The notes beneath the pieces were generated by a model. The model was given only the letters and a program-made list of their open reading frames with translations. It was not told where the DNA came from and made no database searches. From Octopus bimaculoides (taxonomy: Eukaryota), in the NCBI RefSeq assembly GCF_001194135.2, contig NC_068982.1, forward strand, positions 163,293,699 to 163,357,698: 64,000 nucleotides of DNA, given 5' to 3'. This document shows positions 24,713 to 37,700 of this stretch, piece after piece. Every line of letters starts with the position of its first letter. Position 1 is the first letter of the stretch. A program made the position numbers and the translations under genes.

Positions 24713-26992
24713 TCTTCACCTCTGTTCTTTATATATTCTTTGGGATAGTTTTATAAATTAAAGAATACTTTAGAGGAGTTATAGACCCAAGGCTGGGTTG
24801 GTGGACTAGAACAGTTTTGAAATCATTCACCTTAAGAGGACTGCACACTAATTAAAAATTTCATTTTGCAAATTTACATATCTCCATAGTATCTGTTAAC
24901 ATCTCTATGAACAGGCCTGTTTAAAGTTGTGTTTGTTTATCACCTGTTAACAGCTTTGCAGTGCAAGCTAATGATACACTTGTCAATTATACAATTCATC
25001 ACTATTGTATCTATTTATAACATAGACAGACTACGTCATAGAAAATTAAATCTTTTCTTTTTCTTCTCCTGGGGGTCACAGTTCTGATGATGGCTTAACT
25101 ATCTTTGACCCTTCAACTAGTAGCAGCAACCTGGTATTCTGTTAAATTAGTCGACTGCGACTGACTCTCACCACATATTCAGTAAGACAGAAAGCAAATA
25201 GCATTCTCCAAAAACAAGAGAAATTGTAAAATATGTTGAAAGAATACTAAGAAGGGAAAAAAAATAAAAGAAAATGAAATAATAATCATTAAGTCAAAGG
25301 TGTTTATTTAAAGCCATGTTTTTTAAAACTCTTTGCTCAATCTGTTATGTTTTTGTCATTTATTGACATCTTCTGATTCACATAATTCTTGCAATGTTAT
25401 TTTCCTTTTGTATAAACCACACTTAGTACATTTGTGAGTGTAAATAAGCTGCCAAACACTGAATTGATGCTTAAATGGAGGCAAGAATAACAAGAATACT
25501 GGAATGAAAGACATGTTTGAATGCAAAGAAATTCTAAGGGGGAAGAAAATATTAACATGAATGAGAGTAAAAAAGAAAGGAAAGTATAACAGCAAAATTA
25601 AAGAGATTTATTTTAAAAAAATGAACAGCATTTAAACAGCTTGAGCTCACACTGTTTTTCAGATTTGAATAGACTTTGAGAATAGTAAATATACACTGGG
25701 TTCATTTTTGGATTTCTAAAGAGTTAAGGATTTGAAGCAAAGCAATGCAAACATGTTATTGAAAAGCATTAAAGTCAAGAGAACACCCCATCTGTTTGGG
25801 CTCTTTCTAATGGCAAACTAATGGTTTGAAAAGATCTTAATAATAGGAAAGACAAGCCAGCACGACCTTAGGTGTATCGATTTTCATCTCCACCCTCATC
25901 CTTGTAACACTACTAATGGTTAATACCATCATCACATAACTTCCTATTCATTATCATCTACAATAGCACTGGTAGCCTTATCTACAATACTACTGGAAAT
26001 TATTCACCTACCAAATATGCTAGGTACAAGGCCATATTATTTTGCAAAATCTCTCCACACACACACAGGTGTGTGTGTGTAGATTATTTGAAGTGGTTCC
26101 AGAAAAAAAAAAATCTTTGTTTCTTTCCTGTCCTTTCTGTCTTCTGGTCTCTCTCTTTCTTTCTCTTTTTTCTCCCTCTAACCAGTCCTCCACAAATTCA
26201 CCACATACACATACATACACACACGTGTGTGCACATACATATAGATAACAACAGAACATTCTCTCCCCCAGTCAACTCCAGATTTTTCAACACACACACA
26301 CACACATACACACAAGGCATAAATTTTCTGTAAAAAAATAAGTTCTAATGATTCCCCAAAACAAGATAAAAATTCTAAATAAATAATAATCCAAAATTCT
26401 GACTTCCTCCTTTATCTTCATAAACATATATATTTGTCATTTTAGCTGGAGCTTTGCATGAGTTTGGTATTGTTTTACAAGCAGGATTCTTTGCTATCAC
26501 TGACCATGTTACAGCACAGAATGGCTGCATTTCCTCATGCCACTAGCACTTGAGAGTTTGTCAGCCCAGACTAAAATACCTCCTCCATACTGTCAGGTTT
26601 TATTCAGAGTGGTTGCTTTCCTAGATGGGCAGCCTTTGCTCTGACTTGCAGAGTCTGTGTCCTTTCTGTGCAAAGAAGAATCAGTTGTAGTGTGCAAGAG
26701 AGATGACTATGCTTGTAAGGCTATATAATGTGTATAGCTGATGGTATGGTGGGGTGGAGGTGGAGTGAAGAAGTATCAGGAGATTTGTGTGGGAGGAACC
26801 AATGAAAGAGGAAGACTAAGGAAGACAGGAGCATAAGTGGTGATGACTGATCTTCTCAAAGGTGATGACAAAAGAAAGCAACAAGTGGAGATCTTTCAAA
26901 CCCAAACAAGCATGGTAAAATGGATATAAAAATGATGGTAATGATGATGATGATAATATATATATATATCTTAATTATGAATATTTTATATA

Positions 26993-27888
26993 CAGGCATA
27001 CCTCACTCTATGTCGTTAATTGGTTCCAGAAAACATGACTTAAGTTGGAAAATGACTGAAGTTGAATTAACGTGTCTCTAGGCTAGACTGAATTTACTTG
27101 TCTCTAGGCTAGGCTAAGCTGAATTTACTTGTCTCTAGGCTAAACCGACAATAACCATTCTCAGTTCTGTACTTGCCTATTTTCTTATTGATGACAGTGT
27201 TCTTTATCCCTGGGGCTTCAGATTTGATATGTGCTAAAATCTTGTTCTTATTATGTACAATCGTCGATACAGTTGTCTGATTCACCCCAAAAGATCGTGC
27301 AATTGCTACCACTTTTTCACCTTTTTCATGGCGTTTTATCATATCCAGTTTATCTTCCAGCATTATAGCATGATGCTTAGCACTTTCACTATGAATTTTC
27401 TTAGGAGTCATGGGGGCAGAAAATAAAGTCACAAATGAATGAGAATGAGAAAGTAGCCAACGAACAGACGTAAACAAATCTTAATTCAAAACAATTGTGG
27501 GAATCATGAGTGACAACAATGCCTAATGGTAGATATTGGAACTACAGTGCAATATGAGCTTCAAAAGACCGATAAATAAGACAACACAGCTGATTTCATG
27601 AGTTTGTTCACTAAGTTACACTACTTTATGGTGTGTATCTTAACATTTACTGTGTGTATTTCAGTATAATTTTATATGCTTTTGTTCTTATTTATTGTAC
27701 AGTAACATGATTTTATGTGCTTTTAATGGTTTTCTAGTGATTTTACAATTTCAATATTTGTGGGGGACAGATGTAAAGTCAAGTAAAATGACTTCACTTG
27801 ATTTTTATTTTTCCATATATTATTTCTGAAAACCGATGTATAATTGAGAATGACTTAAATTGAAATGACTTAAGCCAAGGTATGCCTG
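26993..27888 (-). mobile_element. Internally deleted Tigger/pogo-family (Tc1/mariner superfamily) DNA transposon
   Basis: TA|CAGGCATACCT ... AGGTATGCCTG|TA termini with TA duplication. 896 bp. Encodes only the transposase N-terminus. Confidence 0.88.
27109..27411 (-). pseudogene. Truncated Tigger transposase: CENP-B/psq-type HTH DNA-binding domain only (100 aa)
   Basis: MTPKK...HHAIMLEDKLDMIKRHEKGEKVVAIARSFGVNQTTVSTIVHNKNKIL matches the pogo/Tigger N-terminal HTH pattern. No DDE/DDD domain follows. Confidence 0.8.
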
Positions 27889-28446
27889 TATTTATCATCA
27901 TTATCATTTAATATCTTTTTTCCATACTGGCATGGGTTGGACAGTTTGACAGGATACAGCAAGTTACAGGACTTCATTGAGGATGAATGTCAGCTTTGGC
28001 ACACTTTCTACAGTTGGATGCCCTTCCTAATGTCAACCATTTTGCAATGAGTACTGGGTGCTTTTTTTTTGTGCCGCTGGCATTAGTTGGGTCATCAAGT
28101 AGCTTACAAGGCTTGAAAAGAAAAGGAAAGAGCAACCTCTTCTAATAAAGGTGGGTATTTAAGAGGGGAGATGGTTTTATGCCATGTTTTGATGGGGTTA
28201 AAGTAATATATACATATAGATGTGTGTGTGTATTCTTTTATTCTTTTACTTGTTGCAGTTGCTTGACTGTGTCCATGCTGGAGAACCACCTTTAGTTGAA
28301 CAAATCAACTTCAGGATTTATTCTTTGTAAGCCTAGTACTTATTCTATCAGTCACTTTTGTCAAATTGCCAAGTTATGGGGACATAAACACACCAACATC
28401 GGTTGTCAAGCAATGGTAGGGGACAAACACAGACACAAAGACACAT

Positions 28447-28493
<47 letters not shown>

Positions 28494-29213
28494 NNNNNNN
28501 NNNNNNNNNNNNNNNNNNNNNNNNNNNNNNNNNNNNNNNNNNNNNNNNNNNNNNNNNNNNNNNNNNNNNNNNNNNNNNNNNNNNNNNNNNNNNNNNNNNN
28601 NNNNNNNNNNNNNNNNNNNNNNNNNNNNNNNNNNNNNNNNNNNNNNNNNNNNNNNNNNNNNNNNNNNNNNNNNNNNNNNNNNNNNNNNNNNNNNNNNNNN
28701 NNNNNNNNNNNNNNNNNNNNNNNNNNNNNNNNNNNNNNNNNNNNNNNNNNNNNNNNNNNNNNNNNNNNNNNNNNNNNNNNNNNNNNNNNNNNNNNNNNNN
28801 NNNNNNNNNNNNNNNNNNNNNNNNNNNNNNNNNNNNNNNNNNNNNNNNNNNNNNNNNNNNNNNNNNNNNNNNNNNNNNNNNNNNNNNNNNNNNNNNNNNN
28901 NNNNNNNNNNNNNNNNNNNNNNNNNNNNNNNNNNNNNNNNNNNNNNNNNNNNNNNNNNNNNNNNNNNNNNNNNNNNNNNNNNNNNNNNNNNNNNNNNNNN
29001 NNNNNNNNNNNNNNNNNNNNNNNNNNNNNNNNNNNNNNNNNNNNNNNNNNNNNNNNNNNNNNNNNNNNNNNNNNNNNNNNNNNNNNNNNNNNNNNNNNNN
29101 NNNNNNNNNNNNNNNNNNNNNNNNNNNNNNNNNNNNNNNNNNNNNNNNNNNNNNNNNNNNNNNNNNNNNNNNNNNNNNNNNNNNNNNNNNNNNNNNNNNN
29201 NNNNNNNNNNNNN

Positions 29214-29246
<33 letters not shown>

Positions 29247-30733
29247 AATTCAAATATTTGTTGCTCACGTTTTAATTAGAAACTTTTAAATTGGAAAATT
29301 AAACTTGCTTACATTAGTGTTTTATTGTTGATTTTGTAATTTAATCATCTATATGTGTGTGGTTGTATGTGTGTTTGCGTAGAAGAAATGAAATAAGATT
29401 AAGAGAATTAATTTAGATTATTTGGTTCTTAAAATTTTGGGTGAAAAATGCAATGGTACCAAATTGGTAGTGGAACAAACTGACACAAAACTATTTGGTT
29501 TGCAGAATTTTTAGCTGTCAACAGTGGAAATTGTTTAAAATTTAATGGATTGGGTGGTGGTAGCAACTAAGGAAAGGAAAAGAAATGTGAAATGAAAGGT
29601 AGAGTAATTTAAGAAATACATTTTCAAGAGTGTAATGGTGGTGGTAGTGGTGTGTGTGTGAGTAGAGTGGGGGCTGTTGTCATATTTTTAATACCTGAAG
29701 AAATGAAATTATAGACTACATGATAATGAAATATTGGGATGGAAACTAATGGCAGTGATAATGATGGTTATTGCTACCACTATTACAACTGCACCTTCCA
29801 CTACCATTGGCAATAGCTTTGTTGGCACTACAGCCACTAAATGCTCTTATGCAGTTACTTAACCTGCTAGAGATAGCAATTAAATCTCTGAATCACAATC
29901 TATCATCTTTGGAAAGAGGGAAGGATACATTGAACAAAATAGTCTATGATATACAAAATGTAGGGATAGTAAAGGCCAGAATATTTTTAACCGTTGGCCT
30001 GCTTATTGCTCATTCAGAACCAATATAAGGCTAAACATCAAAAACAGCCATAATGCTATATGCCAATGAAAGAGTCTCTATGTGGCTACTGAAATCTGTC
30101 AGAAAGAGCAAATAAATCTTGCTAAAGTCACACTCTTCAGACCACCTGCCATTGGTCAAGGTTGTCCATGTATCTACACTTAATAATAGCCTCTCCAGGA
30201 CACAAACTTGGGCAAAATTTACTTTTTTAACGGAAGGCTAGAATTTGCTTGTGTAACAAATCTCTCTTCTCCAAGATACCAATATGGCAAGGATTGATAC
30301 TACTTGGTACCAGTGTTCTTGCAAGCAATCTCAGAACATAGAAGGGCTAGAACAAATATTGCAAGACATTTTTTTTTCAACACTCAAAAAATTCTGCTAA
30401 TCCTCATCCTGGATCAGTACTTTATTTATTCTTTGACTCTACAAAGAAGAAAAGCAAAGATGACCTCAGTGGTATCTGAACTCCAAATGTAAAGGGCGAG
30501 AACAAATACTGCAAGACATTTTGTATGCCAGTCTCACAAGTTTGCTAAAAATCACCACCTTCAATCACAGCCTACAATCTTAAAATAAAAAAAGACAGAA
30601 TACTTTGTATAATGAAGACTTGTATACATTTTGTCTATAAAAAGATGGGATGTCTACAACTAGAGACTTCCTTTCATCCGATGTCTGGTGGATCAAACCT
30701 AATGTTGAGAGGGGAAGAAGGAGAAAGCATTAT

Positions 30734-30841
30734 CTGCTACTACTACTACTACTACTACTACTACTGCTACTACTGCTACTACTACTGCTGCTACTGCTAC
30801 TACTACTGCTGCTACTGCTACTACTACTACTACTACTGCAG
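30734..30841. repeat. Compound (CTA)n/(CTG)n triplet microsatellite
   Basis: About 36 triplets with interspersed A-to-G variants. A similar array lies at 53229-53330. Confidence 0.95.
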
Positions 30842-32084
30842 CAAGTACCTAACAACATTTGGAATCACTATGGTTCATGGGTATTAGTTCATCTCGCAAG
30901 AAAACTGACACCATCACTACCGACCATTGTGGCTGCCTCCACCAACACCACCATCCTATCAATGAGAATTTCAATAACGAATGGCACCGCTAAGAGTAGA
31001 AAATGCCATCAAATAAATATAAGAATAAAAAGAAGAAGAACAACAAAAAAACAATAACTCAATAATGGCAATGGCACAAATAATGAAAACAACAACAACT
31101 GAAAAAATACCAACAAACATTAGAAACAGCAACGACAAAAATAACTACAACTGCGCCAATGACAATGATATCGGTAGCAAGAAAAACACCAACAGACAAC
31201 AGTATAATCAACAATAATAACAATGGTAATAATAATAACAAGTGAATTTCCTTTCAAAAGAAATTTAAATTTTAAAAAATGTTTTAAAATATTTTATTTA
31301 TCATTAGCATTTAAAAAAAATATTTTGTAGCTTAGCTGCCAAGCATGGAAATGGCATAAACCGGTAGCAGCAATATCCTTTTTCGATCCCCTACTCCAGA
31401 CTCAACTCAACCAAAGTCAAACAGAAACACTGAACTAGGATGCAGTACAAAGATGATGAATTTTCCTGATTTCCCAATTTTGATCTTTATTTACATAAAA
31501 CTGAAACTTCAAAACAAAATCCACCATCCCCACACCTTTGACTATCCACCATCTTCCAATTTGATGAAATAATGATTTGTGGTTTATTTTCTTTCATTTA
31601 AAATAAAATGGAAAAAAAAAAAATTATGTTCTTTTTGGAACACTAAATATTTATACAATATATTGATTCCTCGGGAAAAGGCAATTACTATGGAGAAAAC
31701 AATCTCTACAAGAACCATATCTAAAATAACCAAAATGTTTATTTCATGCTGTGATAGCACCATGACCCAATGGAGTTATACAAGAGAGATGGATACATAA
31801 ACATAAACGTGATCATCATCATTATCGCTTAATGTCCTGTTCCATGCTGGCAAAAGTTGGATAGTTTGACAAAATTTGATGGGCTCAAGGACTACATTGC
31901 ACTCCATTGCTTACTTTGGGATTAATGCAGAATATGAATGGAGAGGACAATATAAGAATGAAGGAAAAACATCAAGTGAAATATTTCTGGGTAGTGAGAA
32001 AGATTAGTGATAGTGGGGAAAAATTGCAGTTAGAGGGATAATGTGTAATGGGGGCATCTTGAGGAGAAAACTGGGAAAGGAGTC

Positions 32085-32312
32085 CAGTTGTGCATCGCCA
32101 TGATAGATCGCTGGCCACTACATTTATATTTTTTTCTCCTTTCTTTTCTCCTTGTTTTTCTCCTTATTTCTTTCTGTGTTACTTTCTGTTGAAGAGCGTA
32201 GCTCGAAACGTTAAAGACTTTCTCTATTCCCGAGCGTTAAACTAATACATCCTTTTGTTATTTACACCACCTGTCCTCGTCTGTTGTTGTTTTTTTTCGT
32301 AAATTCTCCCAT
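32085..32312 (+). mobile_element. Penelope-like terminal fragment with hammerhead-like motif
   Basis: CTTT-CTGTTGA-A-GAGC-GTA-GCTC-GAAA-CG-TT-AAAG at 32182-32216, followed by a pyrimidine-rich tail ending in (TA)/(CA)n. The family assignment is inferred. Confidence 0.45.
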
Positions 32313-34967
32313 ATATATACACACACACACACACACAAAATACCTGTAAAAAATACCTGTAAAGTGGCTGGTGTTGGGAAGGGCATCCAGTTGAAAAAAA
32401 CCATATCAAAGCATATAGAAGAACTTGGTGATGTCGTCTGGCTTGCCAGCTCCTGTCAAACTGTCCAACCCATGCCAGCATGGAGAATGGACATTAAATG
32501 ATGATGATTCTATCTGATGCTCTAATGACTGTCATGTCACCTATGTTCTCTTGAAACAAAATGTTGAAATAATCTTCAAATACGCGAAATCAAATCAAAA
32601 AAGAAAAAAAAGGATGTTCAGATTTGAGATATCTCTTGGAGTGCAACAGTGCACTGCAGCATACCAGTTGAAAACCACTGAGAATCACCAATCACAAAAG
32701 GGAGCCTCCATGAAGCCTGCAAATCACACACCATTATTTTAGAAAAAGGGAAGGACAAACACTAAATAATGTAGCCCAAGAAATTCTGATGAGATGGTTA
32801 TGGTTGGAATGTCTTCTGTTATATGTCTGCTTGATCAGGGTTGAATGGGAGTTAAACAACAACATTGAATGAACAAAGGAGTCTTTTCAAGGTAACATGA
32901 TTTGCTACAAAAAGCAAACAAATGTATCTGAAATCACATCCTGTTATCTTTTTAAAGGAAAGAACACATTAAATAATGTAGTCCTAGATAAACTAACAAA
33001 AAGCAAAAACACAAAAGTCATGATGGTCACGGCTGGAATGCCTATGATAATAGGTCTGCTGCTTGATCAAGATGGACCTGAGGCTAACATTGCCTGACTG
33101 GTTACAACTGGCTGCCTCCTTGTCCAATGAATGCCCAAGTATAAAATGATAGTAGTAACCTAACAATAACAACAAAGGCATCAGCAGTACCACCACCACA
33201 ACAACAGCAACAGCAACAACAACAACAACAATAATAATGCTGTTAAACTGTTTTGCATAGTTTTTGCTTTTCATTATTAGCAAGTTTGAAAGTTAAGTCA
33301 AGAGAGAGGAGATACAAGAAGATGAAGACTCCAGGCGGCTTATATGCACAAGTCTCTAATGTTCAAGTGGCTAAAAAGTGTCAGCTGAACGGTACCCAGG
33401 AGTTATGACCTGGTTGTGGCCCAGCACCCTTGGGGTTTCTTCTCTGAAGACCTTCTGCTGTACAGCTTTCCCAAGAGTTTCTTACCACTAGATATTTATA
33501 TACTGTCAGAATTTAAGTGTGTTTTTGAAAGCTGGATGCATTTCCTACTGCTAACCACTAATCTGTAAACCACAAGAACATAAAATAAACAAAAACAAAA
33601 AAGCTAACTATTTCAGATTTTCCAAATATGATGACTATAATGATGGTGGTGATGATAATACTGATGGGAAAGGGTGATTAAAATGATGACAACTAGCAAG
33701 GATTGACAATGATGACAAAAGCAATGATGATAATGATGACAATAGCAGAGATATGATGATGAAAATGGTGATGATGATGAAGAGGAGAAGGAGGATAATA
33801 GTAAAGGTAATTGTCATGATAGTAATGTTGACAATAGCAATTATGGAACAGGGTGTGATTGGGAGGAATTTAGTTGCTATTTCTTGCAGTTAAAGTGACA
33901 GTGCAGACATTTCAGAATTGGCTCAGATGACGATGATAATGACAATAATGGTGATAATGATGACTGTTTCAGCTTAGTTTTTAATTTTTTGGCTTACTGA
34001 ATTGATGTCAGTTTCTTCAATCTCATTTTCAAATGGACAAAATCTAAACGAGATACACCGATAAAAAATTATCTTAGAGGAATAATTATTTTCATTAGCT
34101 TTCCCTCCCCTTTGCACGTACACATACACACACAAGTATGTGCTCAGTCATGTGTGCTTGTGTGTGTGCGTGTGTATGTTTGCTCTTATATGTACATGTG
34201 TGTGCACTCTAGAATTAAATGAAAGAAGAGTAATAAATTCCCAAGTACACCGACCTGTGTCATACCAGGCAGATCACAGTCACAACAGAACACAAAAATC
34301 TTCTCAAACTTGCTAAGAGTGCATCGATGTAAAACTAAATGATCACTTAATCATTAATGTTGATGACTGCACGCTGCAGCATAAGCAGAAGTGGTGATGG
34401 TGGTGCTGGGAGTGGTGTGGCAGTGAAGGTGGTGACAGTGGGCTGTCAAAGAAAAATGCAAATCTGTGTTCATTTATCATATTCCAAAAGCAATCCAGTA
34501 CTCCATTAAATGATGCAATGTGTGTATGCATTTTTGCATATTTCTGTGTGTATGTGTATATTTGTGCTTAAGTAAGTGTGTAGTAAAAAAGAGAAGTTAT
34601 GCACGTATTGTGTGTAGTGAAAGATGAAAGCAAGGAGAGAATGATAAAAGAAAGAAGATAAAAATAAGAGGAAAATTTAGACATATAGGCAGCCTGAGAG
34701 ACAGACTGAATGACATATATACATACGTTCACTTAATATACAAATACACACTTATATAAACACTCATATACTGCACAAAATTAGACAGCCAATCATTTAC
34801 ACACATATACATGCAAACACAAGCATACTGACAACTTACTGAGATATATGCAGAAGAAACAGGACACAGACAAACATACACCAGTAATCAATATAGAGGC
34901 TTATGTATACATACATACACACAAAAGCAAATGTGATACAGATATGCAAACAAACATAAAAACACAC

Positions 34968-35075
34968 ATGAGGGGGTGCTGAAAAGTTCCTGGTTTTGAG
35001 TAAAAGAAAATACAGGAGGATTGGTTAATTATGATTTTATTCAACATATTCCCCTCTCAGCCCTGTAAAAGAACT
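34968..35075. mobile_element. Mariner-type TIR fragment
   Basis: TGAGGGGGTGCTGAAAAGTTCCTGG resembles a mariner terminus (TACGAGGGG...AAAAGTT). The partner TIR is not seen. Confidence 0.4.
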
Positions 35076-35145
35076 TGGAAGGTTGGGCCTCCAACCAAGC
35101 CACTTGCAACACTCTTAAAGCCAGAAACTTTTCAGCATACCTTCG

Positions 35146-35185
<40 letters not shown>

Positions 35186-36055
35186 TATTCAAACTGAAAA
35201 ATATGCATGTGCTTATAACATGAAAAGCTATTTGGGTTGACACTGTGTTTGTAAACGAGTGGAGTCTTTTCAGGAGCGAAATAATGTTTATGGTGTGGGG
35301 GGGAACACTATGAAGTACATAATTGTCATCATTATTTCCATTGTTGTTGTCATCTTTAACACTTTACCATACTAATGCTTTAGTATATTAATTTGAGTCA
35401 CCAAATGAATACTTACATATATAGGCGTGTGTGTGTGTGTGTGTGCACGACAAGCACTTCAAAATATCTCCATCAATAACATTCAATATATAATCCATAT
35501 TCTCATCCATTAACACCATTTCAACCTACTTCTCACTCTTGCCATCCCATTAACAGAAACACACACACACACACACACAGAGGTACATTCAAGCATTTCC
35601 CAATGAGGTTAATTCTATTGTTATTTTTCATTCAACAACCTAACACAACCAACTTCTAAGCCATAAACCCATGAATGACAGAGCTGATTCTCACATTTAT
35701 GCTCCTACTCATGTTAAAAGATTTGTCGATTTTCTTCTTACCACTTATTCACTTCTTTTGCTGCTAACCTGGTATATCATTAGAAAGTATAAAAGACTCA
35801 GCATCAGATTAGTTAATGTCTGAAGATCCTGTGCACCCACATGTGAAACTCAGAGTAGCNNNNNNNNNNNNNNNNNNNNNNNNNNNNNNNNNNNNNNNNN
35901 NNNNNNNNNNNNNNNNNNNNNNNNNNNNNNNNNNNNNNNNNNNNNNNNNNNNNNNNNNNNNNNNNNNNNNNNNNNNNNNNNNNNNNNNNNNNNNNNNNNN
36001 NNNNNNNNNNNNNNNNNNNNNNNNNNNNNNNNNNNNNNNNNNNNNNNNNNNNNNN

Positions 36056-36663
36056 AACTCCTCCTACATCGTTTTATTGATTTTGATGAAACTTGACACG
36101 TGAGTGGAACTCGTCTGGAAACCTCATGGCATACTCAGATATTTAAAAAAAAAATCGATAATAAGGCCCCTGGAAGGGATCTTTATATATAGCAAAGGGA
36201 AATAGCCCATTCATTTTCCTAAATTATTTGGTATAAATCAAATTGAGTATGCTTATTTCTTAGTATTTGAACTGTTAGAGTTATTTTCACAATTTATCCA
36301 GTACAGCCCTTAAACAAGTAAATAGTATTTTCCTAAACAATAGAGCCACTTATTTCGGTTAGTGACTTATTTACGAATATCCCAACACTAGCGCCACTGA
36401 GAGTAATATTCTCTGGGGGCACACAAAAGCCCTTTTCAGAGTTATTTATTTTTGTTATTATCTCATATCTGTTATTACATAACATGCATCACAATTTTAG
36501 TATACATACCTTATTAATATTTCTTCCTAAGTTCTATATACTCTGGGAACGCATTAAAGCCCTTTTCGGGATTACTTTATTTGAATTATTAGCGAAACAA
36601 TTATGAAAATGGAACCAAGGGACATGCCCCGCTTTCCTGGGAATTACCGGGTACGTCAGCTAG
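36056..36663 (+). mobile_element. Non-autonomous Helitron-like element, 3' part
   Basis: Hairpin CCCG-C-TTTCCTGGGAA-TTAC-CGGG (36628-36651) 8 nt before CTAG|T at 36660-36664. Internal diverged direct repeat at about 36407-36455 and 36538-36585. The 5' end is in a gap. Confidence 0.5.
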
Positions 36664-37406
36664 TATATGTNNNNNNNNNNNNNNNNNNNNNNNNNNNNNN
36701 NNNNNNNNNNNNNNNNNNNNNNNNNNNNNNNNNNNNNNNNNNNNNNNNNNNNNNNNNNNNNNNNNNNNNNNNNNNNNNNNNNNNNNNNNNNNNNNNNNNN
36801 NNNNNNNNNNNNNNNNNNNNNNNNNNNNNNNNNNNNNNNNNNNNNNNNNNNNNNNNNNNNNNNNNNNNNNNNNNNNNNNNNNNNNNNNNNNNNNNNNNNN
36901 NNNNNNNNNNNNNNNNNNNNNNNNNNNNNNNNNNNNNNNNNNNNNNNNNNNNNNNNNNNNNNNNNNNNNNNNNNNNNNNNNNNNNNNNNNNNNNNNNNNN
37001 NNNNNNNNNNNNNNNNNNNNNNNNNNNNNNNNNNNNNNNNNNNNNNNNNNNNNNNNNNNNNNNNNNNNNNNNNNNNNNNNNNNNNNNNNNNNNNNNNNNN
37101 NNNNNNNNNNNNNNNNNNNNNNNNNNNNNNNNNNNNNNNNNNNNNNNNNNNNNNNNNNNNNNNNNNNNNNNNNNNNNNNNNNNNNNNNNNNNNNNNNNNN
37201 NNNNNNNNNNNNNNNNNNNNNNNNNNNNNNNNNNNNNNNNNNNNNNNNNNNNNNNNNNNNNNNNNNNNNNNNNNNNNNNNNNNNNNNNNNNNNNNNNNNN
37301 NNNNNNNNNNNNNNNNNNNNNNNNNNNNNNNNNNNNNNNNNNNNNNNNNNNNNNNNNNNNNNNNNNNNNNNNNNNNNNNNNNNNNNNNNNNNNNNNNNNN
37401 NNNNNN

Positions 37407-37441
<35 letters not shown>

Positions 37442-37459
37442 CACACATACTTGCACACG

Positions 37460-37700
37460 CATGAAAATGCGACTCTGCATGCGAAAAATAGTCAATGCTG
37501 TTGGAAGTTTTATGCAACATATGTACTCTTTTAGATGTAGGATCAGGGAAGACTCCATATCTTTGTCTCATTTTGTTTGGAAATGCAAAGATCAAGGAGA
37601 CACCTTCCTCAACATCACATGAAACATCCTTGATAGGGCCCCTTCCTACACACCAGGAGTTTGTAATTTTCAACTCTACTTCCAAGAGAAAGTGAATACA
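37460..37700 (+). pseudogene. Decayed Penelope-like GIY-YIG endonuclease C-terminal region
   Basis: FMQHMYSFRCRIREDSISLSHFVWKCKDQGDTFLNIT*NILDRAPSYTPGVCNFQLYFQEK fits the Penelope pattern H..SFR...T.LS..IW.LK...I.W.IL..A..Y...C.LCL.EK, with TGA at the conserved W. Confidence 0.6.

Noticed and set aside
26450-26560. Plus-strand reading GALHEFGIVLQAGFFAITDHVTAQMAAFPHATST*
   Set aside because: No donor before the stop, and the neighbouring sequence looks like a decayed repeat.
30612-31057. Tyr/Cys-rich and poly-Leu ORFs
   Set aside because: Translations of the (CTA/CTG)n microsatellite, with no splice or codon evidence.
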